64,000 nucleotides of DNA from Octopus bimaculoides (Eukaryota), in NCBI RefSeq assembly GCF_001194135.2, contig NC_068986.1, positions 78,165,394-78,229,393 on the forward strand. The letters run 5' to 3'. The notes under the pieces are model-generated. The model did no database searches. It was given only the letters and a program-made list of their open reading frames with translations, and was not told the origin of the DNA. This document shows positions 1 through 12,554 of this stretch, piece by piece. The position numbers and the translations under genes were made by a program. Numbering within the stretch: the first letter of the stretch is position 1; the number at the start of each line of letters is the position of its first letter.

Positions 1-10
1 TATATAAACA

Positions 11-75
<65 letters not shown>

Positions 76-76
76 G

Positions 77-108
<32 letters not shown>

Positions 109-118
109 CCTATCTTTC
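1..118. repeat. (CTAT)n tetranucleotide microsatellite
   Basis: Direct reading. Confidence 0.95.
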
Positions 119-427
119 TCTCTATTTCTCTCTCATTCTAGCTATCACACCCAAGTTGTGCTTCTGGATGAAAGGATGGAAGAGTCTATAGGATGTCAAC
201 ATCTGCTGGTGACTACATAGGCACATGTTACCAAATCATACTCATTCATATATGAAGGCTAGCTTTTACTAGGATTAGTAATTCTACAAATTACAAATTT
301 GTAGTGCTGGTGGCATGTAAAAGCACCCATTACACTCTCAGAGTCTGGTGCAGCCTTCCAACATGCCAGCCCTGGTCAAACCGTCCAACCCATGACAGCA
401 TGGACAACAGATGTTAAATGATGATGA

Positions 428-480
<53 letters not shown>

Positions 481-650
481 TGAGAAAGTTGGTATGTGAA
501 AGCACGTGGTTGGATGTATAAAAGATAAAAAAGAGTGAAAAAACTACAGAAAGCTTGTGTTATATGCTTAAAGTATATATTTAAATCGTTATGTTAGAAA
601 AATGTAATAAATTTTTTTGTATTGGGCCTTAACAAGGCAATGACTAGTGA

Positions 651-1265
651 CCAAGACCTTTGGAGATATGCTGTGCTTGAGAAGACCCGACAAGCCAAGT
701 GAGACCATGGGCCATGGCCTATGCCAGTGGCTTTAACCAGCCCACTTATGAATATCCCTCATTCATTGGACAATAAACTCTACTTGTGAAGATCTATTGA
801 GGCAATTGAAAATCAAAATCGCTGACGTGGCCATTGACAGTACTGCCTGATTGACACTCATGCCAGTGGAACATTAAAAGTACATCTGAATGTGAGCATT
901 GCCAGGGCTGCTGATTGGCTCCCATGCTGGTGGCATGTAAAAAACACCATTTGAGCATGATCATTGCCAGTGTTGCCTTACTGGCACGTGTGCTGGTGGC
1001 ACATGAAAACCAGCATTCAAGTGTGATCATTCCCAGTGCCGCCAGACTGGCTCCTGTGCAGGTAGCACGTAAAAAACATCTTTTGAACATGGTCATTGCC
1101 AGAACTGCGTGACTGGCCCTCGTGCCAGTGGCACATAAAGGCACCCACTACACTCTCGGAGTGGTTGGCATTAGGAAGGGCATCCAGCTGTAAAAACTTT
1201 AACGGTTCAGATTGGAGCCTGGTGCAGCCTTCTGGCTTACCAGTCCTCAGTCAAACCATCCAACC
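651..1265 (+). mobile_element. 5'-truncated RTE LINE 3' end and long 3'UTR with internal ~60-bp subrepeats (family A)
   Basis: Starts caagacctttggagatatgctgtgc..gagaagacccgacaagccaagtgag, which matches the end of the RTE ORF at 59480-59532. Then tggcacgtaaaa..caccatttgagc subrepeats and the ggcattaggaagggcatccagctgta motif. Confidence 0.85.
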
Positions 1266-1625
1266 NNNNNNNNNNATATATATATATATATATGTAGGCA
1301 AGCATATACACATATATATAATATATATATATTATCTGTGTGTCTTTTGTTTATGTTTGGTTCGTTTACATTCCTGTAACTTAGCATTTCAACAAAAGTA
1401 ACCAATAAAGTAAGTACCATAAAAAAAAGTCATAAAAGATAAGTACCAAAGTTGATATCAACTAAAACCCTTCTAGGCAGTGCCTCAGCATGGCTGCCGT
1501 AAATGGCTAAAACTAGAAATGGTAAAAGGTAAAAATTATATATGTGGAACTGACATATTCAGACATATTTCTATGTTTGAATTTTTGGACCTAGGTACAA
1601 AGCATTAACTACAACACTGTTTTTA

Positions 1626-1668
<43 letters not shown>

Positions 1669-2361
1669 ACACACACACACACAGAGACACACACACACAC
1701 ACAGACACACACACACAGACACACACACACATACACACACACACATACACACACACACACACACGCATATNNNNNNNNNNNNNNNNNNNNNNNNNNNNNN
1801 NNNNNNNNNNNNNNNNNNNNNNNNNNNNNNNNNNNNNNNNNNNNNNNNNNNNNNNNNNNNNNNNNNNNNNNNNNNNNNNNNNNNNNNNNNNNNNNNNNNN
1901 NNNNNNNNNNNNNNNNNNNNNNNNNNNNNNNNNNNNNNNNNNNNNNNNNNNNNNNNNNNNNNNNNNNNNNNNNNNNNNNNNNNNNNNNNNNNNNNNNNNN
2001 NNNNNNNNNNNNNNNNNNNNNNNNNNNNNNNNNNNNNNNNNNNNNNNNNNNNNNNNNNNNNNNNNNNNNNNNNNNNNNNNNNNNNNNNNNNNNNNNNNNN
2101 NNNNNNNNNNNNNNNNNNNNNNNNNNNNNNNNNNNNNNNNNNNNNNNNNNNNNNNNNNNNNNNNNGTATTTAAAATATTGATCTTATCAAGTGGTCAGCA
2201 TGGGAATAAAAACCATCAAAGGTAATAATTATTTAAAATTATAATACAGGGTATCAAGAGATACCACCACGCTGAAAAAATAGCAGTCAAATCCTGACTC
2301 CAAAACCACAATAAATGTCCGCAAGGCACGATTAGCGAAGACGAAGACCAAATTTTAAATA

Positions 2362-2394
<33 letters not shown>

Positions 2395-2399
<5 letters not shown>

Positions 2400-2985
2400 T
2401 CTGCTTGCGAAGACATGTTGGGGCAAGTGAAATTGAAATCGTAATTGAACCATACTTGATGACTGGCACCTGCGCCAGTAGAACACAAAGAGCACTCTTC
2501 GAGCATGTTCATTGCCAGAGCAGCTGCCTGGCTTCTGTGCTAGTGGCCCATAAATAGCACCATTTGAGCGTAATCGATACTAGAGTCGCCTTCTAGCACT
2601 TGTGCTGGTGGCATGTTAGAAAATCATTCGAGCAAGGTCGTTGCCGGTGCTGCTGGACTGGCTCCCGTGCAGGTGGCACGTAAAAAAACACCTTTTTGAG
2701 TGTGTTCGTTGCCAGTACTGTGTGACTGGCCCTCATGCCAGTGGCACGTAAAAGCACCCACTACACTCTCGGAGTGGGTGGCGTTAGGAAGGGCATCCTG
2801 CTGTAGAAACTCTGCCAGATCAGATTGGAGCCTAGNNNNNNNNNNGCATCCTGCTGTAGAAACTCTGCCAGATCAGATTGGAGCCTAGTACAGCCTTCTG
2901 GCTTGCCAGTCCTCAGTCAAATTGTCCAACCCATGCTAGCATTGAAAACGGACGTTAAACGATGATGATGATGAAGATGATGATA
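2395..2985 (+). mobile_element. RTE LINE 3'UTR copy (family A) with (GAT)n tail
   Basis: Same subrepeats, ggcgttaggaagggcatcc motif, and ...ggacgttaaacgatgatgat tail. Confidence 0.85.
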
Positions 2986-2987
2986 TA

Positions 2988-3460
2988 TATAAATCCAGAA
3001 AATAGAACAAGAATGTAACGGACAACAATGAAAACACACGGACAGATGGACGAAACAAAGACGGACAGGAAAACCAGGACAGAATATTTGTGGTTCTCTA
3101 TTCATAAACCAAGCTTCTAATTATCACTACAGTTTCAGCCTGTTACACTTGAGACTGTTCAAAATTGGTAGGACCCAAAAGGCTCAGCTAAGGACATTAA
3201 ATTTTTGGAAGAAAGCTGACAAATATGTGGGACAACACAGACAAAAAAACGAGAAAATGGAGAAAATGTTACACGATTACAAATACAAACAAAAAAGATA
3301 ACAACAGGTGTCTTTCAACTAAAAGGACAAATTAAGTTAAGCTGGCATGTGAAGTGGAAGCCTTATGGCGACAAACATAGATGAAGGTCAGGAGACAGGA
3401 AAATAAGGCATTGTGTGAGTGGCGGTCAAGCCAAGACAGAAAGATCATGCTTGGCCAAGC
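2988..3460 (-). repeat. Interspersed repeat, possibly a Penelope-like tail; partial second copy at 4087-4230
   Basis: 2988-3135 aligns by eye to 4087-4230 (aacaagaa.gtaacggacaacaatgaaaaca..ggacagatggacgaaacaaaga). Class is inferred. Confidence 0.55.
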
Positions 3461-3734
3461 ACTGGTCACATGGAAGGAACAGAGAGAGGTAGGGAACAGA
3501 GGGATTGAAGAACTAGGGAAGGAACTAGAGAGAGAGAGAGAGGGAAAGGTACAAGGAAGATAACAGAGGAAAGTAGAGAGATTAAAGAAAGAGAATGCCA
3601 AGAAACGTGAGAGGGGGAGCGAGAAAAGGAAAAAAGGAAAAAAGAAGAAAGTCGTACAGAATTTAGATATATACTTACTAATAAGCTGAACAAAAGGTGT
3701 ATGTACGCCACTATATCTCTCTTTTTCTCTTTTA

Positions 3735-4080
3735 TTCTTTTACTTGTTTCAGTCATTTGACTGTGACCATGCTGGAGCACTGCCTTTAGTCGAGTAAATC
3801 GACCCCAGAACTTCTTCTTTGAAAGCCTAATACTTATTCTATCGGTCTTTTTTGCCAAACCGCTAAGTTTCATGGACGTAAACACACCACCATCGGTTGT
3901 CAAGCGATGTTGGGGGGACAAACACAGACACACGAACATACACACACACATACATATATACGACGGGCTTCTTTCAGTTTCCGTCTACCAAATCCACTCA
4001 CAAAGCTTTGGTCAGCCCGAGGCTATAGTAGAAGACACTTGCCCAAGATGCCATGCAGTGGGACTGAACCTGGAACCATA
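3735..4080 (-). mobile_element. tRNA-headed SINE with CORE-like domain and internal microsatellite (family C)
   Basis: ttttacttgtttcagtcatttgactg...gaagacacttgcccaag..gcagtgggactgaacctggaacc. The reverse strand gives a B-box-like ggttcagtccc followed by ttgggcaagtgtctt. Confidence 0.8.
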
Positions 4081-4273
4081 TGTATATATAAATCCCAAAA
4101 ATGAAACAAGAACGTAACGGACAACAATGAAAACATATGGACAGATGGACGAAACAAAGATAGACAGGAAAGCCGGGACAGAATATTTGTGGCTTTCTAT
4201 TCATTAGTCAAGCTTCCAATTATCACTACAGTTTCAACCTATATATGTATATGTATATATATATATATGTATA

Positions 4274-4311
<38 letters not shown>

Positions 4312-4323
4312 TTTATATATATT

Positions 4324-4368
<45 letters not shown>

Positions 4369-4613
4369 TTATATATATGTGTGTGTATATATGTACATAT
4401 AATCATGATCACCATCATCATCATCATCATCATTTAATGTTTGTTTTCCATGTTGGCATGGGTTGGATGGCTTGACAGGAGCTGGAAAGTTAGAAGACTG
4501 CGTGAAGCTCAACTGTTCGCTTTTGCATTTTACATGCCATGTAAAAGAGACTCAGAATATGAGAGAGTGGTGGTGGAGATACACATATATACGTGTGTGT
4601 GTGTGTGTGTGCA

Positions 4614-4675
<62 letters not shown>

Positions 4676-4689
4676 CATATATACGTATT

Positions 4690-5068
4690 CTTTTACTTGT
4701 TTCAATTATTTTGACAGTGGCCATGCTGGAGTACCACCTTTTAGTTGAAGAAATCGACTTATTCTTTGTAAGCCTGGTACTTATTCTATTGGTCTTTTTT
4801 GCCAAACTGCTAAGTTATAGGGATGTAAACACACCAAGATCGGTTGTCAAGTGATGATGTAGAGACAAACAGATGCAAACACAAATATAAACACACACAC
4901 ACACACACATACACAACAGATTCTTTCAGTTTCCATCTGCCATATCCACTCACAAGGCTTTGGTTGGCCTGAGGCTATAGTAAAAGACACTCTTCTAAGG
5001 GGCCACACAGTGAAACTGAACCCGGAACCATGTGGTTGGGAAGCAAGCTTTTTACCACACAGCCATGC
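4690..5068 (-). mobile_element. SINE family C copy
   Basis: Colinear with 3735-4080. Confidence 0.8.
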
Positions 5069-5876
5069 CTACATACACATATATATGCATACACCCATAT
5101 ATATCTATGTGTATTTTTCACTGATACATGTATATTGATGAAAGATGTAAAGATACATAGTCTTTGTGAAGAAAAACAAAAATATGATGCTTTCAAAGTA
5201 TATATCTATTTGTTCCTATCCACCCAAATTGGCGAATTGGCCCAGCAATCCTTTGTCTCTCTTTCTCCATTAAAATTCCAGTGAGCTAGCAATTGTCTCA
5301 TTTTAAACCTGGAAGCAATAACATGCTGTACACAAAAATGTGACAGAAAATGCAAAAATGAATAAATAAGGAACTAAAAAGCCTTTTGCAATATGTTCAT
5401 ATAGAGAAGGATTATAATAGGATTCCATTCTGGTTTTGTCTGATGGTGAATAATAATAAGAGATAAATGGTATATAAGAATAATTCATGTCTCACAGCAT
5501 ATTTAATGTTGTTGCATTCTAGACTGTATTGAAAGAAAGACTACTCACCAACACCTGCCATTCTCCGGCTCATCAATAAGCCATCTCTTCACTCTAGTTT
5601 CTGTACTACAACTGTAGTGGCCTTTGCTTCTCTGAGCTGGCTGGTTAACCCCATGCTTACCTCTCTTAGTCATTCTTATTTCACTCATCTCTTCTGTTCC
5701 TGTCACTTATATCACAACCCACCCCAGGATTGTTTTTCTTTAATCATTATACCCAGCACCCAGTCCTTCCTCCAAAGAAGTTTGCCCTTCCTGCCCATAT
5801 TCTTCCAGTACCTTTTCAGCAGGATGCAGCTATACAAGAACACTAACTACACTGATCTCACACACACACATTTATA

Positions 5877-5916
<40 letters not shown>

Positions 5917-6199
5917 TATATATATATTTACACACACATATGAGTGAGTGGACAAACAAAAGAAAATGGAATTCAACACATTTAGTAGGAGTTACATATA
6001 TTATTTTAAAACAGTTTGGTTCAGCTCCATGCAACTTAGGTAACCTAAGCCTCATGTGGTTTGTTTGATGAGCCCACAAAACTTCAAGTTGCATAGAGCC
6101 AAATTACCATCATCATCAAAGCTTTTATTTTCATTTTTTCATGCTGGGCACAGAATGACAAGTTTATAACATCAATTATGTCACCTTCTATTTCAACCT

Positions 6200-6500
6200 C
6201 TTCATATTTTAGAAGCCCAACATCGTAAGGTTTCACATCACTTGACCATTTCCTCTACAGAATTCATTGTTCCATTCCATAACATACCTATATCTACAAT
6301 GTTAATTCCCCTGCATACATTGGCTAAATTTTACAACACTTAGCTGTCACTCAGGTTACTTTTTCTACACCTTTCATTCAGATTAACCTTATACTTTTAG
6401 CAAATCATTCTCACCTCATCTGTTTTCTTCTCCTGTTCCTTCATTGCTATCATAACTATGGTTTCTCTTTCGTGACATCATCTAAGTGATTAACAACCCA
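6200..6500 (-). mobile_element. Highly degenerate RTE LINE ORF C-terminal fragment
   Basis: Reverse strand agccaatgtatgcagggga...gttatggaatggaac resembles 20013-20090 and the region encoding RRLRWYGHVxRM. No intact frame. Confidence 0.4.
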
Positions 6501-6914
6501 TGGTAACTTCTTTGATAAATGCCATGCATTTAAAAGGTGAGATGTATTATTGCTATCCTTCTGGTAAATTTTTTACAAGACATCATGTTGTTGCCTAGAC
6601 ACAGAAAAATTTATCAGAGGTACTTGGAAACTCAGAATGTAAAGAACTTATATAAATATTGCAAAATATTTTGTCTGATGTTCCATCAATTCATCTAAGC
6701 TACTATCCTGGCCTGACAGTTTATCTTAAAGACCCAGAAGAATGAACAATAAATTGACTTTGGTAGGATATGAACTCAGAACATAAAGCGGCAACCAATG
6801 CCTCAAAGAATTCTATCTGATGCCTTAGCAACTCTGCTAATTTATCCAATATGTTTTCCTGCAGCCAACTTAGTAGTAATTAGTACTCTAATATTAATTA
6901 GTAAATCAGTATTT

Positions 6915-7315
6915 ATTTCAAATGTTGGTACAAGACCAGCAATTTTGGGGTAGTGGGTAAGTCAATAACATCAATCCCAATACTCAACTGGTACTTGTTT
7001 TAAACAACACCATAAGGATCAAAGGCAAAGTTGACCTTGGCAGGATTTGAACTTGAAATATAAAGCTGGATGAAATGCCACTCAGCATTTTACCAGCTCA
7101 CTGCCTCTAAATCAGTTAATATTCTTTTCTACTCTAGGGGAGGGGGCCACTCAATTACATCGACACAAGTTTACAACTGGTATTTAATTTATCGACCCCG
7201 AAAGGATGAAAGGCAAAGTCGACTCATTGGAATTTGAACTCAGAACGTAAAGACAGATAAAATATTGCTAAGCATTTCGCCTGGTGTGCTAACATTTCTG
7301 CCAGCTTGCTGCCTA
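6915..7315 (-). mobile_element. Two tandem tRNA-headed SINEs (family B)
   Basis: Each has aaaggatgaaaggcaaagtcgac..gaatttgaactcagaa core and ends in ctgccagct..ctgcct (head on minus strand). Confidence 0.8.
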
Positions 7316-8054
7316 TAAATCAGTTAATATTAATTAATAAAAACAGTTAAAATCAGAAGAATCCAGTGACCTTTTGCTTTAGTAAATACTGCAGTGAGGA
7401 AGCAGGGAAGACTAACATTTTTGACAGAATTTTTAATTGGTAAGAGAGAGAGAGAGAGAGAAAGAGAGGGAGAGAGAGAGGGGGGGGGGGAGAAAGAGAA
7501 AGAGAGAGAAGAAATGTTTACTTGTATTACAGGTAAAATTTATTTATTTTGCAGCATCAGTGAACATTTGATTCCTCTCCAGCAAGGGGTTCTGTGCAAA
7601 ACATTAAGTTCTTCTTTCTCACAACATAAAATTTATTCCACTGCTTGAACTCTTGTTAAAACTAATTAGTTCACCAAGCTAACATAAACTATCAAATAAA
7701 TCTACTCAGCTGTCTGGGAATTTCACAGAGTAAATCTAATATTAACTACCTCCTGCTCCTTAATTCAGTGTTCCTACAGTTTACTATTTTTGTGCATGTA
7801 TCATATCAAAATGCCTTGTTTGCTGTTTGTCTGACATTAAAGATTTCATTGCCACATTTGTATAGACAATACTTTTAGTGAGTTTGCATTATTGATAACA
7901 GATCTATCCCCTTAACATATCAAGCAAGGCTACTTCTTTGCTCGTGCTCATGTACTCATATTTGTATTCTTGGTTTGCTAACTGGCACTTCAAATTTTGT
8001 CCTGTTGATCTTTAGGTGTCTGTACTGTTAAAGGCATTTTTATAGATCTTTTAT

Positions 8055-8440
8055 CTTTTACTTGTTTCAGTCATTAGATTGTGGCCATGCTGGGGCACTG
8101 CCTTGAAGCAATTCTAGTCAAATGAATTGACCCTAGTACTTAATTCTATTTTAAGCCTGGTACTTACTCAATTGGTCTCTTTTGCTGAACCACTAGGTTA
8201 CAGTGACGTAAACACAATACCAGTTATCAAGCAGTGTTGGGGGATTCCTCAGACTCAAAGACACACACACACACACACACACACGCACAATGGACTTCTT
8301 TCTGTTTCCGTCTACCAAATCCACTCACAAGATTTTGGTTAGCACGAGGCTATAGTTGAAGACACTTAGCCAAGGTGCCACGCAGTGGGACTGAACCTGG
8401 AACCATGTGATTGGGAAGCAAGCTTCTTACAACACAACCA
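8055..8440 (-). mobile_element. SINE family C copy
   Basis: Colinear with 3735-4080, with internal (CA)n. Confidence 0.8.
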
Positions 8441-8831
8441 CACAACCACACCTAGGTTTACAAAGATTTTTCAATTCTTTTAAGAGAATTAACCAATTAT
8501 TTCAATACACATGTATTGAAATAATACACACCTACACACATACACAGATATATTTTAAGACAAACTTATGCATGTGGACACACATGCACTAAAATACATG
8601 TACATATACATATTGCACCAAAGGTCCAGTTGACCAAACCATACACAAGGGCAGAGTATTTAATCTTTGCCACTCATATAGACAACGGCTCACCCATGCT
8701 GGTCATGCAACCTCACTTCTAAACCAACACAATGAAAATATAAAGACTGCTGCTGCTAATGTTCTCAAACTCTACGGAACAATGACTGAGCTGCTAACTT
8801 GCATCAACATCATACCCTACCATGTGAATAT

Positions 8832-8869
<38 letters not shown>

Positions 8870-8872
<3 letters not shown>

Positions 8873-9035
8873 GGCATGTAAAAGGCACCCACTACACTCT
8901 TGGAGTGGTTGGCATTAGGAATGGCATCCAGCTGTAGAAACATTGCCAGATCAGCCTGGAGCCTGGTGCAGCTGCTAGCTCTCCAGACCTCAGTCAAACC
9001 ATCCAACCCATGCCAGCATGGAAAACGGACGTTTA

Positions 9036-9079
<44 letters not shown>

Positions 9080-9095
9080 AATGATGATAATGATG
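8870..9095 (+). mobile_element. RTE 3' tail (family A) with expanded (GAT)n
   Basis: ggcattaggaatggcatccagctgtagaaac...ggacgtttaatgatgat. Confidence 0.85.
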
Positions 9096-9296
9096 ATGAT
9101 GATATATATATAAAGTATGAGGGGTTTAGTTCACTGGTGATCTAAATGAATAGGTACACAGAGAAAGTGCTATAATTGATCATCCATTAGGTTCCAAGTT
9201 CACAGCTGAGGCTGGAGCTAGTGATCCGTAGTAGGCTTCTGAGGTAGCAAGTATACATTGTATTAGAGGAAAAGATTTTTCAAACATACTCACCTT

Positions 9297-9372
9297 GTCT
9301 CTGATAATGGAATACCCAATGTACAGACAGGCTAGTCTATCACTTGGGATATCTCAGAAACAGCTGTAAGAC
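9297..9372 (+). ncRNA. Type I minimal hammerhead ribozyme motif with a G8A core mutation, probably in a Penelope-like remnant
   Basis: gtct-CTGATAA-[long stem II tggaatacccaa...ttgggatatctca]-GAAA-c-agct-g-TA-agac. Stem I is gtct/agac, and stem III has a palindromic AGCT loop. Confidence 0.65.
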
Positions 9373-9463
9373 TTCAAATTCATCTTACCCTAATTAAATT
9401 ATTATAAATGATTTGAGATACCTGTCCTGCCTTGGTTTTTGTTGTCCTTTTTCTTCTAATATA

Positions 9464-9512
<49 letters not shown>

Positions 9513-9663
9513 TGGCGTTAGGAAGGGCATCCAGCTGTAGAAACTCTGCCAAATTAGATTGGAGTCTGGTGTTGCCATCTGGTTTCACCAGTCCTCAGTC
9601 AAATCGTCCAACCCATGCTAGCATGGAAAGCGGACGTTAAACGATGATGATGATGATGATGAT
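9513..9663 (+). mobile_element. RTE 3' tail (family A), young-looking
   Basis: Matches 35047-35190 almost exactly, with CpGs retained. Confidence 0.9.
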
Positions 9664-10135
9664 ATATATCATCATCATCATCGTCGTCGTTGTCATTGTC
9701 GTTTAACATCCTCTTTCCATGCTGGCTTAGGTTGGGCAGTTTAACAGGACTGGCAAGTCAGGAGGCTATACCAACCTCCTATCTGTTTTGGCAAGGTTTC
9801 TACAGCTGGATGCCCTTCCTTACACCAACCACTCCAAGAGTATAGAGGGTGCTTTTTACATGCCACTGGCATAGGGGTCAGTCAGGCGGCACCAGCATTG
9901 ACCATGCTCGAATGGTGCTTTTTATGTGCCACCGGCACATGAGCCAGTCCAGCAGCACTGACATTGACCACACTCATATGGTACTTTTTACGTGCCACCA
10001 GCATGGGAGTCAGTCCAGCGTCACTGGCATCGAGCACACTCATATGGTGCTTTTTTATATGCCACCAGCATGGGAGCCAGGCTGTTGGCACTGGCATCAA
10101 CCATGCTCAAATGTTGCTTTTTACATGCCACCATA
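9664..10135 (-). mobile_element. RTE 3'UTR (family A), older copy, tail-to-tail with the previous one
   Basis: (ATC)n..gtttaacatcc..tttctacagctggatgcccttcct followed by reverse-strand subrepeats. Confidence 0.85.
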
Positions 10136-10180
10136 GTCATGTGGGGCTATGTTAAATTATTATTAAATATATACATACAT

Positions 10181-10217
<37 letters not shown>

Positions 10218-10239
10218 AAGTAAAATTACCTTCTTGAGT

Positions 10240-10465
10240 CACACTGACTCATAAGGGCCGGTTTCTCAGTTTCTGTGGGGTAAAAATTCCCCACCTGGAG
10301 TGGACACCAGTCAATCACAGGATTACTCATTTTTGCCAGCTGAGTGTACTGGAGTAACATACAATGAAGTGTTTTGTTCAAGAACACAACACATTGCCTG
10401 GTCCAGGCATCGGGGCCACAATCTTATAATCATGAGTCCCGCACCCTAATTACTAAGCTACAACC
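10240..10465 (-). mobile_element. tRNA-headed SINE (family D)
   Basis: ttactcatttttgccagctgagtg..tgaagtgttttgttcaagaacacaac; colinear with 23752-23995. Confidence 0.75.
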
Positions 10466-10919
10466 CCCCCCCCCCCCNNNNNNNNNNGTATGTATAAACA
10501 GTACCTCTGAGACCTTTAGCTAGACATTGTAGTGCAAAACTCAAGATATTTTTGGTGACTGTATCTTGGTGCTGCTGAAATTTTGTTGAAGTAGATAGCT
10601 TAACCTGTCCACACTGATGATGGTTCTTGAAGTTTCTGTTAAGAAGAAGCTTTGCAAATCTAGAATATGTGTGTCTAAAATCTATGTAGATGATTCCTGT
10701 ATGTTAAACAGAAATGAAGATGGGTTATCATGTGCATGTGTTGGCATGTACTTGGAAGTAAGGTAACAGCATGATAGCAATTGATGTATGAAAGGAAATG
10801 TGTGGGTGACATAATATATATAATATCCAACCTTACTTACTACCTCTTCCCAGGCTTTGCCTGAGTGTGTTAGTTCATATGCAATATGTCTGTGGGTATA
10901 AATATACGAAGTACATGTT

Positions 10920-10974
<55 letters not shown>

Positions 10975-11009
10975 ATACATATACATATATATGTATGTAT
11001 GTATATATG

Positions 11010-11048
<39 letters not shown>

Positions 11049-11332
11049 GTGTAATTCATATATTTGAAGATATACAAAAAGTGTGTGTACATATACAAAA
11101 CTTGTGTATAAATTGTATATATGTATATACACACAATATATTGCATATGCCCACCCACACACACATCACAAAAAAAGATGATAGAAAGTGAGAATGAGGA
11201 GTCAGTAAAAGAGAATTTTTACAGAGGATTTGAGTTTCTATTAAAATACACACATGCAGACATAGACATATATATAAATATGCAGACACATATTCATGTA
11301 TTCATACATATATACATGCATACACTAAGACT

Positions 11333-11363
<31 letters not shown>

Positions 11364-11884
11364 GCATACTCTCATCTAGCTAAAGTTGCAAAACATATCT
11401 TTCACACACACATACACGCACAAACATGTACGCATATTCCATTTGCTAAGTAAAACAATGGTAACCATGAATGAAAATTTTCTAAAGTCTGTTGTCAACT
11501 TCACTTAAGAGAATATCATTATTATATATGAATAACACTTAAGTTTTTATTCGATACTTTCAGTCTTTAATATACATCATGGTAAAAATAACCCCTGCTG
11601 ACAAACATGGAATATTAATTCTAGTTTGATATGTAATTATTTTACTTTGACTTCACAAGAAATTTCATATGGCGCCTCTTCTGTATTTATATTTTGAAGT
11701 TTTCATGGTCTTGGTTCCGAGTGCGTTAAAATTAAAATTTTCTGTTAAGTATATTTTACTTTGGAAACGAATAAATAAAATAGAACAAAAAGGAAAAATC
11801 TTAGTTCTTATTGAAAAAAGAAAATGAATTTAGTGCTAATAATTTGTGTGCAGTGCATTTATCATATATATATATATACACATG

Positions 11885-12181
11885 ACCGAGACCTTTGGAA
11901 ATGTGCTGTGCGTGAGAAGACCCGGCAAGCCAAGTAAGATCGTTGCCAGTGCCCCTGGACTGGTTCTTGTGCGGGTGGCACATGAGATGCACCATTTTGA
12001 GCGTGGCCGTTGCCAGTACCGCCTGACTGGCTCCCATAGGATTTTCGAGCGAGATCGTTGCCAGTGCCCCTGGACTGGCTTGTGCGGGTGGCACATAAAA
12101 GACACCATTTCGAGCGTGGCCGTTTTCGTGCGGGTGACACGTAAAAGCACCCACTACACTCTCTGAGTGGTTGACGTTAGG
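11885..12181 (+). mobile_element. Young RTE LINE 3' end (family A), cut by a gap
   Basis: CpG-rich; 12090-12181 differs from 34968-35059 at about one position by eye. Confidence 0.9.
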
Positions 12182-12394
12182 NNNNNNNNNNNNNNNNNNN
12201 NNNNNNNNNNNNNNNNNNNNNNNNNNNNNNNNNNNNNNNNNNNNNNNNNNNNNNNNNNNNNNNNNNNNNNNNNNNNNNNNNNNNNNNNNNNNNNNNNNNN
12301 NNNNNNNNNNNNNNNNNNNNNNNNNNNNNNNNNNNNNNNNNNNNNNNNNNNNNNNNNNNNNNNNNNNNNNNNNNNNNNNNNNNNNNNNNNNNNN

Positions 12395-12454
<60 letters not shown>

Positions 12455-12554
12455 TGATGTTTCTATGGTCTTGGTTATGACTTTGTTGTAAATAAGATTT
12501 CTGTTAAATATTAGATTTTTTACTTAGGAAATAAAGTTGTAATAATAACGATGA

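Noticed and set aside
2796-2890. Direct repeat gcatcctgctgtagaaactctgccagatcagattggagcctag across a 10-N gap
   Set aside because: An exact overlap across a tiny gap is a scaffolding artefact.
5550-5830. Minus-strand frame ..TETRVKRWLIDEPENGRC ending at a gtgagt donor
   Set aside because: No credible acceptor, and the purine-rich context looks like a decayed LINE.
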